Notes: generated from the sequence alone by a model not told the origin. Numbered from the stretch's first letter, positions 46,357-54,901 are shown. The stretch: DNA of 64,000 nt from Thermoplasmata archaeon (GCA_049675585.1 JBAUAJ010000126.1:1554-65553), one strand, 5' to 3'. Made by a program: numbers and translations.

Positions 46357-47445
46357 CTAGGTGATAGTGATGGTCCCGGCCATGTATCCCTTAACGCCCA
46401 TGGGGGGGCTCGTGTAGGGGTTGGTTCCCGCCCCACAAGGGGCCATACAGAACCACGAGACCTTCCCCGCGGACAGGAGTAGAACCGTGAATCGAACGAC
46501 CGTCATCCCCGGGCTGTAGATCGAGAGACCCAACGCGGGAACATTGAATGTGTGGGCCACATCGCTCGCATTGACGACGTGGGCGGGTGTGCCGTTGATG
46601 TATTCGATGTCGCCCGGGGTACCGGTAACCACACAACCGCAACCGCTCCAATTCATCGGCATATCCTCGTCAGTGATAGTGAAAATCACCTCTCCCGTCG
46701 GGAGGGTGAAGTTGGCGGGGGAGTACTGCGGCCACCCATTGACGGAGTTGATGGAGACCGTGAGATTCTCGTAGGCCGGGACGATCGGACCCGGAGTCGT
46801 CGATCCGGTGTTCGACGGGAGCGACACCACCAAGCCGGCTCCAATCCCGAAAGCGAGGACGATTCCGACCACGAAGTAAACGGCGAACATCCGCAGGTTG
46901 ACGCTCCCCGCCCAGAATCCCGAAGGGGTCGGTCGGGGTCGACTGGACAGCGAGGCCCGGAAGCGCGCGATCGCCAGCGCAATCCACTGATCGGCCGAGA
47001 GCGCCTGACCCGCCCCGCCGAACACCAGGACCATGTAGATCAGCAGGTAGAGCGGGTGCTCGCCCACGTCCGTGCCTCCGGGGAACACAAACGTACTTCC
47101 GACCTGCGTTCCGAGAAGGAGAGCCGAGAATATTCCGCCGAAAAGACACGCCAACCGGGTGGTCAATCCGAGGAGGAAGGCCACCGCAAGATACGCGGTA
47201 AGCAGGGCCACGATCCACGAAAAGATCACCGCATTGGACGCGACGAAATTCGCTAGCGCCGGACCGCCGAGCGTCGTCGGCGCGAATGAGCGTGCGGTCT
47301 CCGCGAAATTACCGAAGTATTGGTTCGCGGGATCCACGATGAAGAGGAGGTTCACGGCCCAGACGACGCCGACGCCAATTCGAAGGATCTCGATTGTACG
47401 CGAGATCCGTCGGCTGGCGTCAACCTTGGGCCCGGGGTCGAACAT
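46357..47445 (-). CDS. DoxX/DoxD-like membrane domain fused to a C-terminal cupredoxin-like domain
   Basis: 362 aa. The N-terminal 4-5 TM region is paralogous to 47499..48134 (RIGVGVVWAVNLLF...GGTDVGEHPLYLLIYMVLVFGGAG). The C-terminus reads PANFTLPTGEVIFTITDED...HTFNVPALGL...FCMAPCGAG...MGVKGYMAGTITI. Confidence 0.7.
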   Translation of the reverse strand: MFDPGPKVDASRRISRTIEILRIGVGVVWAVNLLFIVDPANQYFGNFAETARSFAPTTLGGPALANFVASNAVIFSWIVALLTAYLAVAFLLGLTTRLACLFGGIFSALLLGTQVGSTFVFPGGTDVGEHPLYLLIYMVLVFGGAGQALSADQWIALAIARFRASLSSRPRPTPSGFWAGSVNLRMFAVYFVVGIVLAFGIGAGLVVSLPSNTGSTTPGPIVPAYENLTVSINSVNGWPQYSPANFTLPTGEVIFTITDEDMPMNWSGCGCVVTGTPGDIEYINGTPAHVVNASDVAHTFNVPALGLSIYSPGMTVVRFTVLLLSAGKVSWFCMAPCGAGTNPYTSPPMGVKGYMAGTITIT

Positions 47446-47498
47446 GTTCCTTTCGTGCCCGGCGGCTCACCGGCCCATAAGGAGTCGGTGAAACGGGG

Positions 47499-48134
47499 TT
47501 GACGGTGGGTGAATCTATGCGGCGGGAGAGCGATCGTCCGCGGATGGCGTCTCAAAGCGATGTCGCAGGATCCCCCTCGCGCGATGATTCTACTCGAGTT
47601 TCGAGTAGCGCTCAGGATGGGTCCGACGATTCGCCCTCGGACCGCCGGCCGTTGGCAATCGAGGCGCTGCGCATCGGAATGGGGGCGATCTGGGCATTGA
47701 ACATGATCTTCGTCCTGTATCCGGCGAATCAGTTCTTTCCGACGTTCCAATCGACTGCCGCCTCCTTCGGTCCGACCAGCCTTGGTGGGCCGGGCGGAGC
47801 GAACTTCGTCGCGTCACATTCGCTGTTGTTCGCGTGGGTGACCGCGGTACTCACCGCCTATCTCGCCATCGCATTCCTGGTGGGGTTCACGACTCGTTTA
47901 GCGTGCCTGGTCGGAGCGTTGGCGTCCCTCGCCTTCCTTGTCACCCAGTTCGCGACGACCTTCCAGGCTCCCGGCGGAACGGATGTCGGGCCTCACCCGC
48001 TGTATCTCCTGATCTATCTGATCTTGTTTCTCGGCGGAGCCGGCCGCTACTTCTCGGTGGACCGGCGAATATGGGCGTCGAAATCGCAAAGGCTCCCCCG
48101 CTTGTCGCGGTGGATGGCCACTGCGCACCGTTGA
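47499..48134 (+). CDS. DoxX/DoxD-like membrane protein
   Basis: 211 aa with LRIGMGAIWALNMIFV...GGTDVGPHPLYLLIYLILFLGGAGRYFSVD. It is a divergent neighbour and paralog of 46357..47445. Confidence 0.65.
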   Translation: MTVGESMRRESDRPRMASQSDVAGSPSRDDSTRVSSSAQDGSDDSPSDRRPLAIEALRIGMGAIWALNMIFVLYPANQFFPTFQSTAASFGPTSLGGPGGANFVASHSLLFAWVTAVLTAYLAIAFLVGFTTRLACLVGALASLAFLVTQFATTFQAPGGTDVGPHPLYLLIYLILFLGGAGRYFSVDRRIWASKSQRLPRLSRWMATAHR

Positions 48135-48353
48135 GGAACCTCGTCACGAGTGGGGCGATTGACCCTCAACGTGCTTGACAGAACGTCAGCCAATCGGGTG
48201 GCACGAGAGAGAGTGGGCCAGAGGCCGCAACGGCTGGAGCTCAGTCCGTCGTCGCTTTGGCCCCGCTCGACGGCTGGCGACCCTCGGATGGGGAACCCTA
48301 CGGGGGCAATGCCTAACTGATGCCGACGCTCCGGTTCAGCGGCTTGGTGTGTC

Positions 48354-48797
48354 GTGACGGGTGACTTTCAGATCGTCATTGATTGCTCCGATCCGAATCT
48401 GTTAGCGCACTTTTGGGCGGACGCGCTTGGTTACCAAATCCAAGGTCCTCCGCCGGGGTTCGCCTCGTGGAAAGAATACTGGATCAGCCGGGGAGTGCCT
48501 GCGTCGGAAGCTGGTGAAGGCGATGATCGGATCAGCGACCCCAGCGCACGAGGTCCGTCCGTCTGGTTCCAGCGGGTCGAAGATCGAAAGTCAATCAAGA
48601 ATCGGATCCACCTCGACCTCCGTGCGAGCGGCCGCGACGAGGTCCCCTTCGCGATTCGACGGCAGCGAGTAGAGGCCGAGGCCGCCCGACTCGTGTTGCT
48701 CGGCGCTACAAAGATCGGGGCGCTAGAATCGGGGGTAGTAGACCATTACGCGGTGGCGATGACCGATCCTGAGGGGAATGAGTTTGACATCAACTAG
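48354..48797 (+). CDS. VOC/glyoxalase-like domain protein
   Basis: 147 aa with FQIVIDCSDPNLLAHFWADALGY ... IHLDL ... YAVAMTDPEGNEFDI. Confidence 0.7.
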   Translation: MTGDFQIVIDCSDPNLLAHFWADALGYQIQGPPPGFASWKEYWISRGVPASEAGEGDDRISDPSARGPSVWFQRVEDRKSIKNRIHLDLRASGRDEVPFAIRRQRVEAEAARLVLLGATKIGALESGVVDHYAVAMTDPEGNEFDIN

Positions 48798-48828
48798 ATC
48801 CGCCGAATCGGCGCTCTGCCCTGAATAG

Positions 48829-48846
48829 GCTCAACTAGTGTTGCAC
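48829..48846 (+). repeat. Intergenic palindrome site S28
   Basis: GCTCAA ctagtg TTGCAC cc (2 mismatches), 32 nt after the 48797 stop. Confidence 0.6.
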
Positions 48847-48875
48847 CCAGACGCGGGCACGCCGAGGGGAATCGC

Positions 48876-49088
48876 CTACCCTCGTGTTCTCTTCGTTCCG
48901 AGAAGATGGATTCCCGAGGACGGGCCGCCCCCAAGGACGGCGCCGCACCATCCACAGTAGATCATTGAATAAATCGAACCGATGGAGATCCCTTCATAGA
49001 GCACATCCGTCGAGGGATTGATCTGATGCTTACAAAACGGGCAAAATGGAGTTGGGCTCGCTTCTGACGTGTCTTGAGTTCCGATCAT
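48876..49088 (-). CDS. Small Cys-rich (CxxC...CxxC) hypothetical protein
   Basis: 70-aa ORF with FCPFCKH ... YCGWCGA. No other support. Confidence 0.35.
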   Translation of the reverse strand: MIGTQDTSEASPTPFCPFCKHQINPSTDVLYEGISIGSIYSMIYCGWCGAVLGGGPSSGIHLLGTKRTRG

Positions 49089-49233
49089 CTGCCAGGATCG
49101 GCAGTCGAAGCCTCAGGCGACTGTAGCCCCGGTGGAGCGGAGGGTCTGGTTGAGACTGGGTCGATTCATTTCTGCCCTTTCGGCGGGCAGGCGACTCGGC
49201 GGCCGGCGGCTTCCCGGACAGAGCACCGAAGGG

Positions 49234-49557
49234 CTACTTGGAAGGCTTACGCTTCGGAGGCGATACTGCGTGGCTTCCCCTCTTGGCCGGGCCACTGCGG
49301 ATCACGCGAACGTTGACGTCTGCCTTGAATCGCCGTACCTCGAGACGGGAACCTTGGGCGTGCAACGCCTTTAGGAAGGTCTCCACCTCTACCGCCGGGC
49401 CGTCTCGCCACTTGGCGACGAAAAGCGATGAACCCTGTTGGCCAGGGATAGCCAGACCGCTTCCGACCAGTTGACGGAAGTCTGTGTCTGACAGCGCCTC
49501 GAACGGCGTTGCCAACATCTCGCCTCGGCGGGGATAGCTCTGCTTGATTTTCTTCAT
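49234..49557 (-). CDS. Hypothetical protein
   Basis: 107-aa ORF with mixed composition (MKKIKQSYPRRGEMLATPFEALSDTDFRQLVG...). It competes with overlapping ORFs. Confidence 0.35.
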   Translation of the reverse strand: MKKIKQSYPRRGEMLATPFEALSDTDFRQLVGSGLAIPGQQGSSLFVAKWRDGPAVEVETFLKALHAQGSRLEVRRFKADVNVRVIRSGPAKRGSHAVSPPKRKPSK

Positions 49558-49745
49558 ACGCTTGATCCGAACAGAAACCCACAGCTACGCAAGTCACTAC
49601 GGATGACTCTGAAGACAGCGAACACGGATAACGGTCCGCCCTCCCCGCGCCCCCGCCAGGATCGAGACTGCGACCCCAGGTCAGAACCTCGCTTCGATCC
49701 GAGAGATGAGCGGGTGGGTCTGGGGGAGGCGTTCCCGCGCATCCT

Positions 49746-49763
49746 GCTCAACGGAGGATGAGC
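49746..49763. repeat. Possible degenerate palindrome site S29
   Basis: GCTCAA cggagg ATGAGC (3 mismatches to consensus; the arms are self-complementary apart from A/T). Confidence 0.35.
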
Positions 49764-50024
49764 TCAGAGCTGTCAGCGCCTGCTGGTGCAGGATGCTTTC
49801 TTCCCGATCCGGCATCTAGCCCCGGACCGTCAACCACGATATCCATTGGGTCTCGCGCACTCCTCCAGACCGAAACATCGGATCCAGGAGTTGCACCCAG
49901 CGTCGGTCCGCGGTTCTCGGCGGGCCAGCCCGAGCCGTTCTTAGCAAGTTGTCCGGGGTGAGTTCTGCCGTGTTACGCCATAGCAAGATACTTAGCGCTC
50001 GGACCGATACGGGTCCCCGGAACC

Positions 50025-51677
50025 GTGTCCGGCGCGTCCGCCCTCTCGATCACAGTAGTGGTGTGTCTCGCTCTGCTCATGATTCCCACGGCCTCTTCGC
50101 CTGGAAGCGCGCTAACTATCTCACACGATGGCGCTGCCCCGGCCGTCTCCCTTCGGCCGGCGGTAGCGTACTCGGTCACCTTTACGGAAAGCGGTCTGCC
50201 CTCAGGAACGAGCTGGTCCGTGGATCTCGGCTCCCTCGTAGGCAACTCTTCCGGGGACGCCGTAAGCTTCGACCTATCCAATGGGACATTCCCCTTCTCA
50301 ATACCTGCCGTCCCGTCGCCCACGGGAGGAGAGATGGGTTGGGCCTCCGCTCCGGGGTCGGGCAGCATTTCTGTGACCGGGAACCCGGTCGGCGTTACGT
50401 TGGTCTTCGGGCCGATCCCGGTCTACAAGCTCGAATTCGAGGAATTCGGCGGGCCGGCCAACCAGACGTGGTCCGTCACCATCGGCACTCAGACCTTGAC
50501 GAACATCATCTACGCCCATTGTATCACGTGCGGGCTGGTCGGATCCGTGACCTTCGCCGAACCGGCTGGAATCCTGAACTTTGCGATTTCTCCGCCCGCC
50601 CACTACGGTGTCGTGAAGGTCATCCGTCTGCTCCCTTGCGCAGGGACGCTCCTCGGTTCTAGCGCGCTGGACCTAACCCAAAACTGCGACCTGGGGGTTT
50701 ATTTCGGGGAGGATCTCTCGTACTCATTCTCCCAGGCCACTATTCCGAAGTTTGAACTCTACCCCGGCGCGATCTGGTCGGTCTCCCTTCTCCCGGCGCA
50801 ATCGGCGGGCGGGCCGACCGAACAGTTCAACGCCTCGAGCGGGAGCTCGATCGGGTTCATGCTTCCTCGAGGAGCGGTCTACAAGTACATCGTGACCGGC
50901 CCCCGTCCAGAATACCAGGCCTCCCCCGCGAAAGGAGAGATTCGCGTCAGCGCTAGCTCAGGACTTCAGCAGCTAACGGTGAAGTTCAAGCTGCTCACCT
51001 CCAACGTAATTTTCATGGAGAGCGGACTCGCGCGGGGTACGATCTGGAACGTGACGATCCTGGCGGGGACCTCGCCCGCAGTAACCTACCCATTTGGGGA
51101 GGCATCCCCCGGACCTATTCAGCTCCTATTCCACCTACCTGCGGGGACCTATGTATGGGTCGCCAGCGTGCCGGGATCCTCCATCGCTCCCGTCTCCGGA
51201 ACCCTAGTCGTGAGCCACCCATCGAGGGCGACCCACGTCGTCGTCCCATTCTCGCAGTCCGCAGCGGCGGCGGGGTGCTTCTTCTTTACGACCAGCGGCG
51301 CGCCCGTGGGGGCCGTGGAGTGCAATCCGAACGCCAATGATATCCTGGTGAACTTCACCGAACTGCCGGGCGCGGTCTGTGCGAATCAGTTCACGCTCGG
51401 GGGCGCGAGCGACGGACCGGCGCAGGTGTGCCCGACCGGCGCAAACCAGTTGGAGGTCTCTTGGACGGACTCGGCGATGGGCCCGGTGATCTCGTCGTGC
51501 TACTGGGCCGTCAGCGGGGTGGTGATCGGAACGTGCCCCGTGCCGTCGCCTGCACCCACTGGATTCGTGCTGTACCTTGCCGACATCTCCTCCGTCAGCT
51601 GGACAGTCGATGGTGCGGTCGTAGGATCCCCCATCCCCGCGCCTGCAGTGGCTAACGGAGTGGAATTCTTCCTCTGA
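50025..51677 (+). CDS. Secreted surface protein built of GLP-W-NGT modules
   Basis: 550 aa with a signal peptide (ITVVVCLALLMIPTASS). It has YSVTFTESGLPSGTSWSV, YKLEFEEFGGPANQTWSV, VIFMESGLARGTIWNV and ...LPAGTYVWV. Confidence 0.8.
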   Translation: MSGASALSITVVVCLALLMIPTASSPGSALTISHDGAAPAVSLRPAVAYSVTFTESGLPSGTSWSVDLGSLVGNSSGDAVSFDLSNGTFPFSIPAVPSPTGGEMGWASAPGSGSISVTGNPVGVTLVFGPIPVYKLEFEEFGGPANQTWSVTIGTQTLTNIIYAHCITCGLVGSVTFAEPAGILNFAISPPAHYGVVKVIRLLPCAGTLLGSSALDLTQNCDLGVYFGEDLSYSFSQATIPKFELYPGAIWSVSLLPAQSAGGPTEQFNASSGSSIGFMLPRGAVYKYIVTGPRPEYQASPAKGEIRVSASSGLQQLTVKFKLLTSNVIFMESGLARGTIWNVTILAGTSPAVTYPFGEASPGPIQLLFHLPAGTYVWVASVPGSSIAPVSGTLVVSHPSRATHVVVPFSQSAAAAGCFFFTTSGAPVGAVECNPNANDILVNFTELPGAVCANQFTLGGASDGPAQVCPTGANQLEVSWTDSAMGPVISSCYWAVSGVVIGTCPVPSPAPTGFVLYLADISSVSWTVDGAVVGSPIPAPAVANGVEFFL

Positions 51678-51801
51678 TCTCCTTACCCTGCCGCCGACTT
51701 CCGCGCCGAGACCTCCGTGGGCGCGCCGTGAGGATTGAGTCTCGGCCGATCATAGGCACAAGGGACCCGCTTAGGAACCTCTATGGATCTGAACAAAGGG
51801 T

Positions 51802-51819
51802 GTGCAATTGACGTTGAAC
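51802..51819 (+). repeat. Intergenic palindrome site S30 (last copy seen)
   Basis: GTGCAA ttgacg TTGAAC cc (1 mismatch), with 5' flank ggt. It is 125 nt after the 51677 stop. Confidence 0.75.
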
Positions 51820-51940
51820 CCGCAACATGAGTTGGGGTTCTCGATGGAAAGAAGTGAACCGGTGGTCCCTACCCGGCGAACCCTAAATGTACCGACCCGA
51901 GTCGTGAAATCTTCTTCTAGGCCCCCGAGGTAGAGCCGTC

Positions 51941-52377
51941 GTGCCGAAGACCTTCGGGGTGGAGCAGACCTACCCCTTCCATGCTCGCCCCGGGAAAGTG
52001 TTTGCGGCTCTGACCGAGCCCAATCTGTTCGTCGGTGGTTTCTCTCGGAGGCAAAGCTCGAACCGAAGAAAGGGGGCGAGTTCACGTTTTGCTGGAAAGC
52101 GGGATATCGAATGGACGGGAAGGTTCTCCAGTACTCTCGAGGCAAGTCAGTGACCCTCCTGTGGGTCGACAAGTTCCCGGGCAGGAAGGTCGTGAAGCCC
52201 TCCGCCAACTTCCGTGTGGTTTCGAAGGAACGAGGGACACTCCTTAAACTTCGTCACACCGGATTTTCTGCCCCGTATCATTATGCCGCATGCTCCGCGG
52301 GGTGGGCCTACTTCCTCACGAACCTGAAATCGGTGCTCGAGCACGGGTTCGACCTCCGGTCGAGCTTCGACGCCTAA
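51941..52377 (+). pseudogene. Frameshifted SRPBCC (AHSA1/START-like) gene
   Basis: ORF 51941..52153 (MPKTFGVEQTYPFHARPGKVFAALTEPNLF...) loses similarity after nt ~52030. The -1 frame is open from 52015 and reads ..RRWFLSEAKLEPKKGGEFTFCWKAGYRMDGKVLQYSRGKSVTLLW...GWAYFLTNLKSVLE to 52377. Joined, the two make a normal ~145-aa SRPBCC protein. Confidence 0.6.
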
Positions 52378-52432
52378 CTTCGGGTGGAACGTCACCGGGC
52401 CCGGTCATGGGTATCAAGTACGGTACCTGGAC

Positions 52433-52951
52433 GTGGTGCCGCGGCAGGACACAGTGAGCGAAGAGACCACCCCCTCCGGTCCCGAGCGCCTCCCTTCCGA
52501 CCTGAGTGCCGAAGAGCGCGTCCTGCCGGCACGTCTGACAGAGTATCAGGACGCGAACGAGAATCGGTCGCTGACGGCCGGACTGGGGGGGACCTGCATC
52601 GCCCTCCTCACCTTCGTCCTCATCTTCCTGTACGATCGGGCGGCGGCGGGCCAGATCAACAATCTGCTGTACGAAGCGACGTTGCTCAACATCGTCGTCA
52701 GCCTGTTCCTGATCTCCCTGGCGTCCCTGAACTTCTGGTTCGTGATGGAGGCGCTCCGCACGCACCACCCTCGTGCCGAGGTTTACCAGCGTCGAGCCGA
52801 CGGATACTTCGCTTCGAGTCTCGTCCTCCTCCTTTTGGAGCCTACGTTGATCCTTGTCACCGTGCGATTGTACTTTGTCGGGGCGGTCGCGCTCGCCTTG
52901 TGGGTCGTCGGAATCCTCGCTCTCGCCCAGGGTTGGCGAGATGTACGATGA
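52433..52951 (+). CDS. Hypothetical 4-TM membrane protein
   Basis: 172-aa ORF with four hydrophobic helices (GGTCIALLTFVLIFLY, LLNIVVSLFLISLASLNFWFV, ...). Confidence 0.5.
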   Translation: MVPRQDTVSEETTPSGPERLPSDLSAEERVLPARLTEYQDANENRSLTAGLGGTCIALLTFVLIFLYDRAAAGQINNLLYEATLLNIVVSLFLISLASLNFWFVMEALRTHHPRAEVYQRRADGYFASSLVLLLLEPTLILVTVRLYFVGAVALALWVVGILALAQGWRDVR

Positions 52952-53133
52952 GCGAAAATTCCCCCGGGGAAGCCCCGCTCGGCCCCGGCTTCTACCGAGC
53001 GTGGCCCAGCGGGCGGTACGTTACTCCCGAGCGTTTGCCGTTCGACCGTGAGACGACCCGTGCCGATCTTCGGGGCGGGTGCAAGTCGAGCGCAAGATAC
53101 GGTGGGTAAATACTGTATTTCCTTCTACGGGAA

Positions 53134-54231
53134 GTGTCCGACCCGATCGCCCACCTGGCACGTGAGATCCTGGAGAGAAACCTCGAGGTTCAGAAGGGGG
53201 ATTCGGTCATCGTCGAATCGTGGAATCACACCCTCCCCTACACCCGAGCGTTCGTTGACGAGGCCCGGCGCCTCAGTGCGCAGCCCACCGTGCTTTTTGA
53301 GGACGAAACGGCGTGGTGGAGCGCCGTCGCTGCCAAGACGATCGCTCCGTTCCGCCATCTCTCGGCCGTGGAGCGGAGCGCGGTCGAGAAGGCGTCTGCC
53401 TACGTGTACTTCTGGGGGCCGGCCGCGATGCGCAAGGCGATCGACATAGGCGTATTCGCCTCGAAGTTCTTCGGATACAACGACGAATGGTACGTCGCCG
53501 CCCGAAAGGGGGGTCTGCGGGGGTATCGAATGGCCCTCGGTCTCGCGAGCGACGACACGGCGCGCCGATTCGGTCAGAGCGGGCCGAAGTGGCGCGCCCG
53601 CCTGGTCGCCGCCGGAGCGGTCGATGCTCGAAGGATGCGAACCAAGGGAGAGCGACTTTCGGGCCGCCTGAGCAAGGGCTCGGAGCTGCGGATTCGGCAC
53701 GCCAATGGAACGGACCTTCGGATCACTCTCGGGGGCAATCTTCCCCTACTCGCCTCCGGAATCCCCCGGGGTGCGACGAAGAAGCAGCCTCGGGGAATGC
53801 TCGAGGGCAATCCGTCCGGACAGATCTTTGTCCCCCTCGACGGAGGTGACGCGGCGGGGACTCTCGTGAGCAATCGACCGGTCTACGACATGGGACGGTA
53901 TGAAAAATTCAGCGGCAGTCGCTGGAAAGTCGAGGGCGGTCGCCTCGAAGGCTCGGCCAGTTCTATGGGAGGCCGAGTCTCGGAAAAGGCGTTCCGGGCG
54001 GCGCCGAAGGGGCGGGATCAGATCAGCTACGTGTCGATCGGGCTGAACCCGCTCGCCCGAGAGCTACCCCCCTGCGAGGACTGCGAGGAAGGGGTGATCC
54101 TCGTCGGGATCGGGGGAAACGGAGTCGCCGGGGGCCGGTCCCGAAACCCCTACACCGGATTCGCGATGCTCGGAGGGGGGACTCTCAGCGTCGACGGGAA
54201 GGTCATCGCTCGCGCGGGCCGAGTCGTCTAG
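53134..54231 (+). CDS. Peptidase M29 (aminopeptidase T-like) family protein, paralog of 10810..11913
   Basis: 365 aa with AREILERNLEVQKGDSVIVESWNHTLPYTRAFVDEARRLSAQPTVLFEDE, collinear with the other copy. Confidence 0.75.
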   Translation: MSDPIAHLAREILERNLEVQKGDSVIVESWNHTLPYTRAFVDEARRLSAQPTVLFEDETAWWSAVAAKTIAPFRHLSAVERSAVEKASAYVYFWGPAAMRKAIDIGVFASKFFGYNDEWYVAARKGGLRGYRMALGLASDDTARRFGQSGPKWRARLVAAGAVDARRMRTKGERLSGRLSKGSELRIRHANGTDLRITLGGNLPLLASGIPRGATKKQPRGMLEGNPSGQIFVPLDGGDAAGTLVSNRPVYDMGRYEKFSGSRWKVEGGRLEGSASSMGGRVSEKAFRAAPKGRDQISYVSIGLNPLARELPPCEDCEEGVILVGIGGNGVAGGRSRNPYTGFAMLGGGTLSVDGKVIARAGRVV

Positions 54232-54336
54232 CGGGCGCGGCTCAGCGACTCGAGCTCCTCCATCGGGCCGGCTCCAGCCACGTGGAGGTCTCCCGCGAAC
54301 CTACCGAGAGAGGGGGGACTCGGGAGGGGCTCGTCT

Positions 54337-54870
54337 CTATTCCGGCGTGAGCTCGGCTTCCCGACGGAGCAACGAGGCGACTTCCTGTCGGGTCGCCTCG
54401 GCGAGATCGAACTCCGGGCCGAGCATTTTTCGATCGATCCGCTGGACGAGCCCGAAGAGCCACTCGAACTCGTGCATGATCAGAGGGTCCTTCGACGCGG
54501 TGCGGGCCCGTCCGATCACGTCCACCGGCTCGCGCAGCGCGACATAGTACCCGCCGATCCAGGTTCCGAACGCTTCCCAGACCAGCTTCGGTTTCAATAC
54601 CCCCGAATGGGTCAAGGAGCCGACCAGTTCGAAGAACGCCGCCACCTCGAGATTCGTGATGTCGTCGTGTTTCCCCGCCAACAGATGTTCGGAGAGGAGC
54701 CTTCGCCGTCGGCGGTAGGCGGGCGAATCGAACCTCTCCCGAAGCGCCATCACCGCGTTCGCGCTGTTCAGGTGCTGGGAGACGCGGACCTGCCACCAGA
54801 GGATGGCGACCGTGCCGATCGCCACCGCCCAGGCGGCCCCCGCGGTGAGCGTGGTGGGGTCGATGCCCAT
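54337..54870 (-). CDS. Hypothetical protein with N-terminal TM helix
   Basis: 177-aa ORF (AAWAVAIGTVAILWWQV, then a helical soluble domain). The competing 212-aa ORF 54242..54880 is R/G-rich and was rejected. Confidence 0.5.
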   Translation of the reverse strand: MGIDPTTLTAGAAWAVAIGTVAILWWQVRVSQHLNSANAVMALRERFDSPAYRRRRRLLSEHLLAGKHDDITNLEVAAFFELVGSLTHSGVLKPKLVWEAFGTWIGGYYVALREPVDVIGRARTASKDPLIMHEFEWLFGLVQRIDRKMLGPEFDLAEATRQEVASLLRREAELTPE

Positions 54871-54901
54871 CTTGAATCACGTCCTCGCCGCGCCCCCGAG
54901 C

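Noticed and set aside
6416-51819. Interpreting the palindromes as canonical integron attC sites.
   Set aside because: Canonical attC sites are >=57 bp, with R''/L''...L'/R' boxes and extrahelical bases. Here RYYYAAC and GTTRRRY are only 4 nt apart. The outer complementary stretches I found (4-6 bp at variable distances) are no better than chance in GC-rich DNA. No intI is in the window. Only the analogy is retained.
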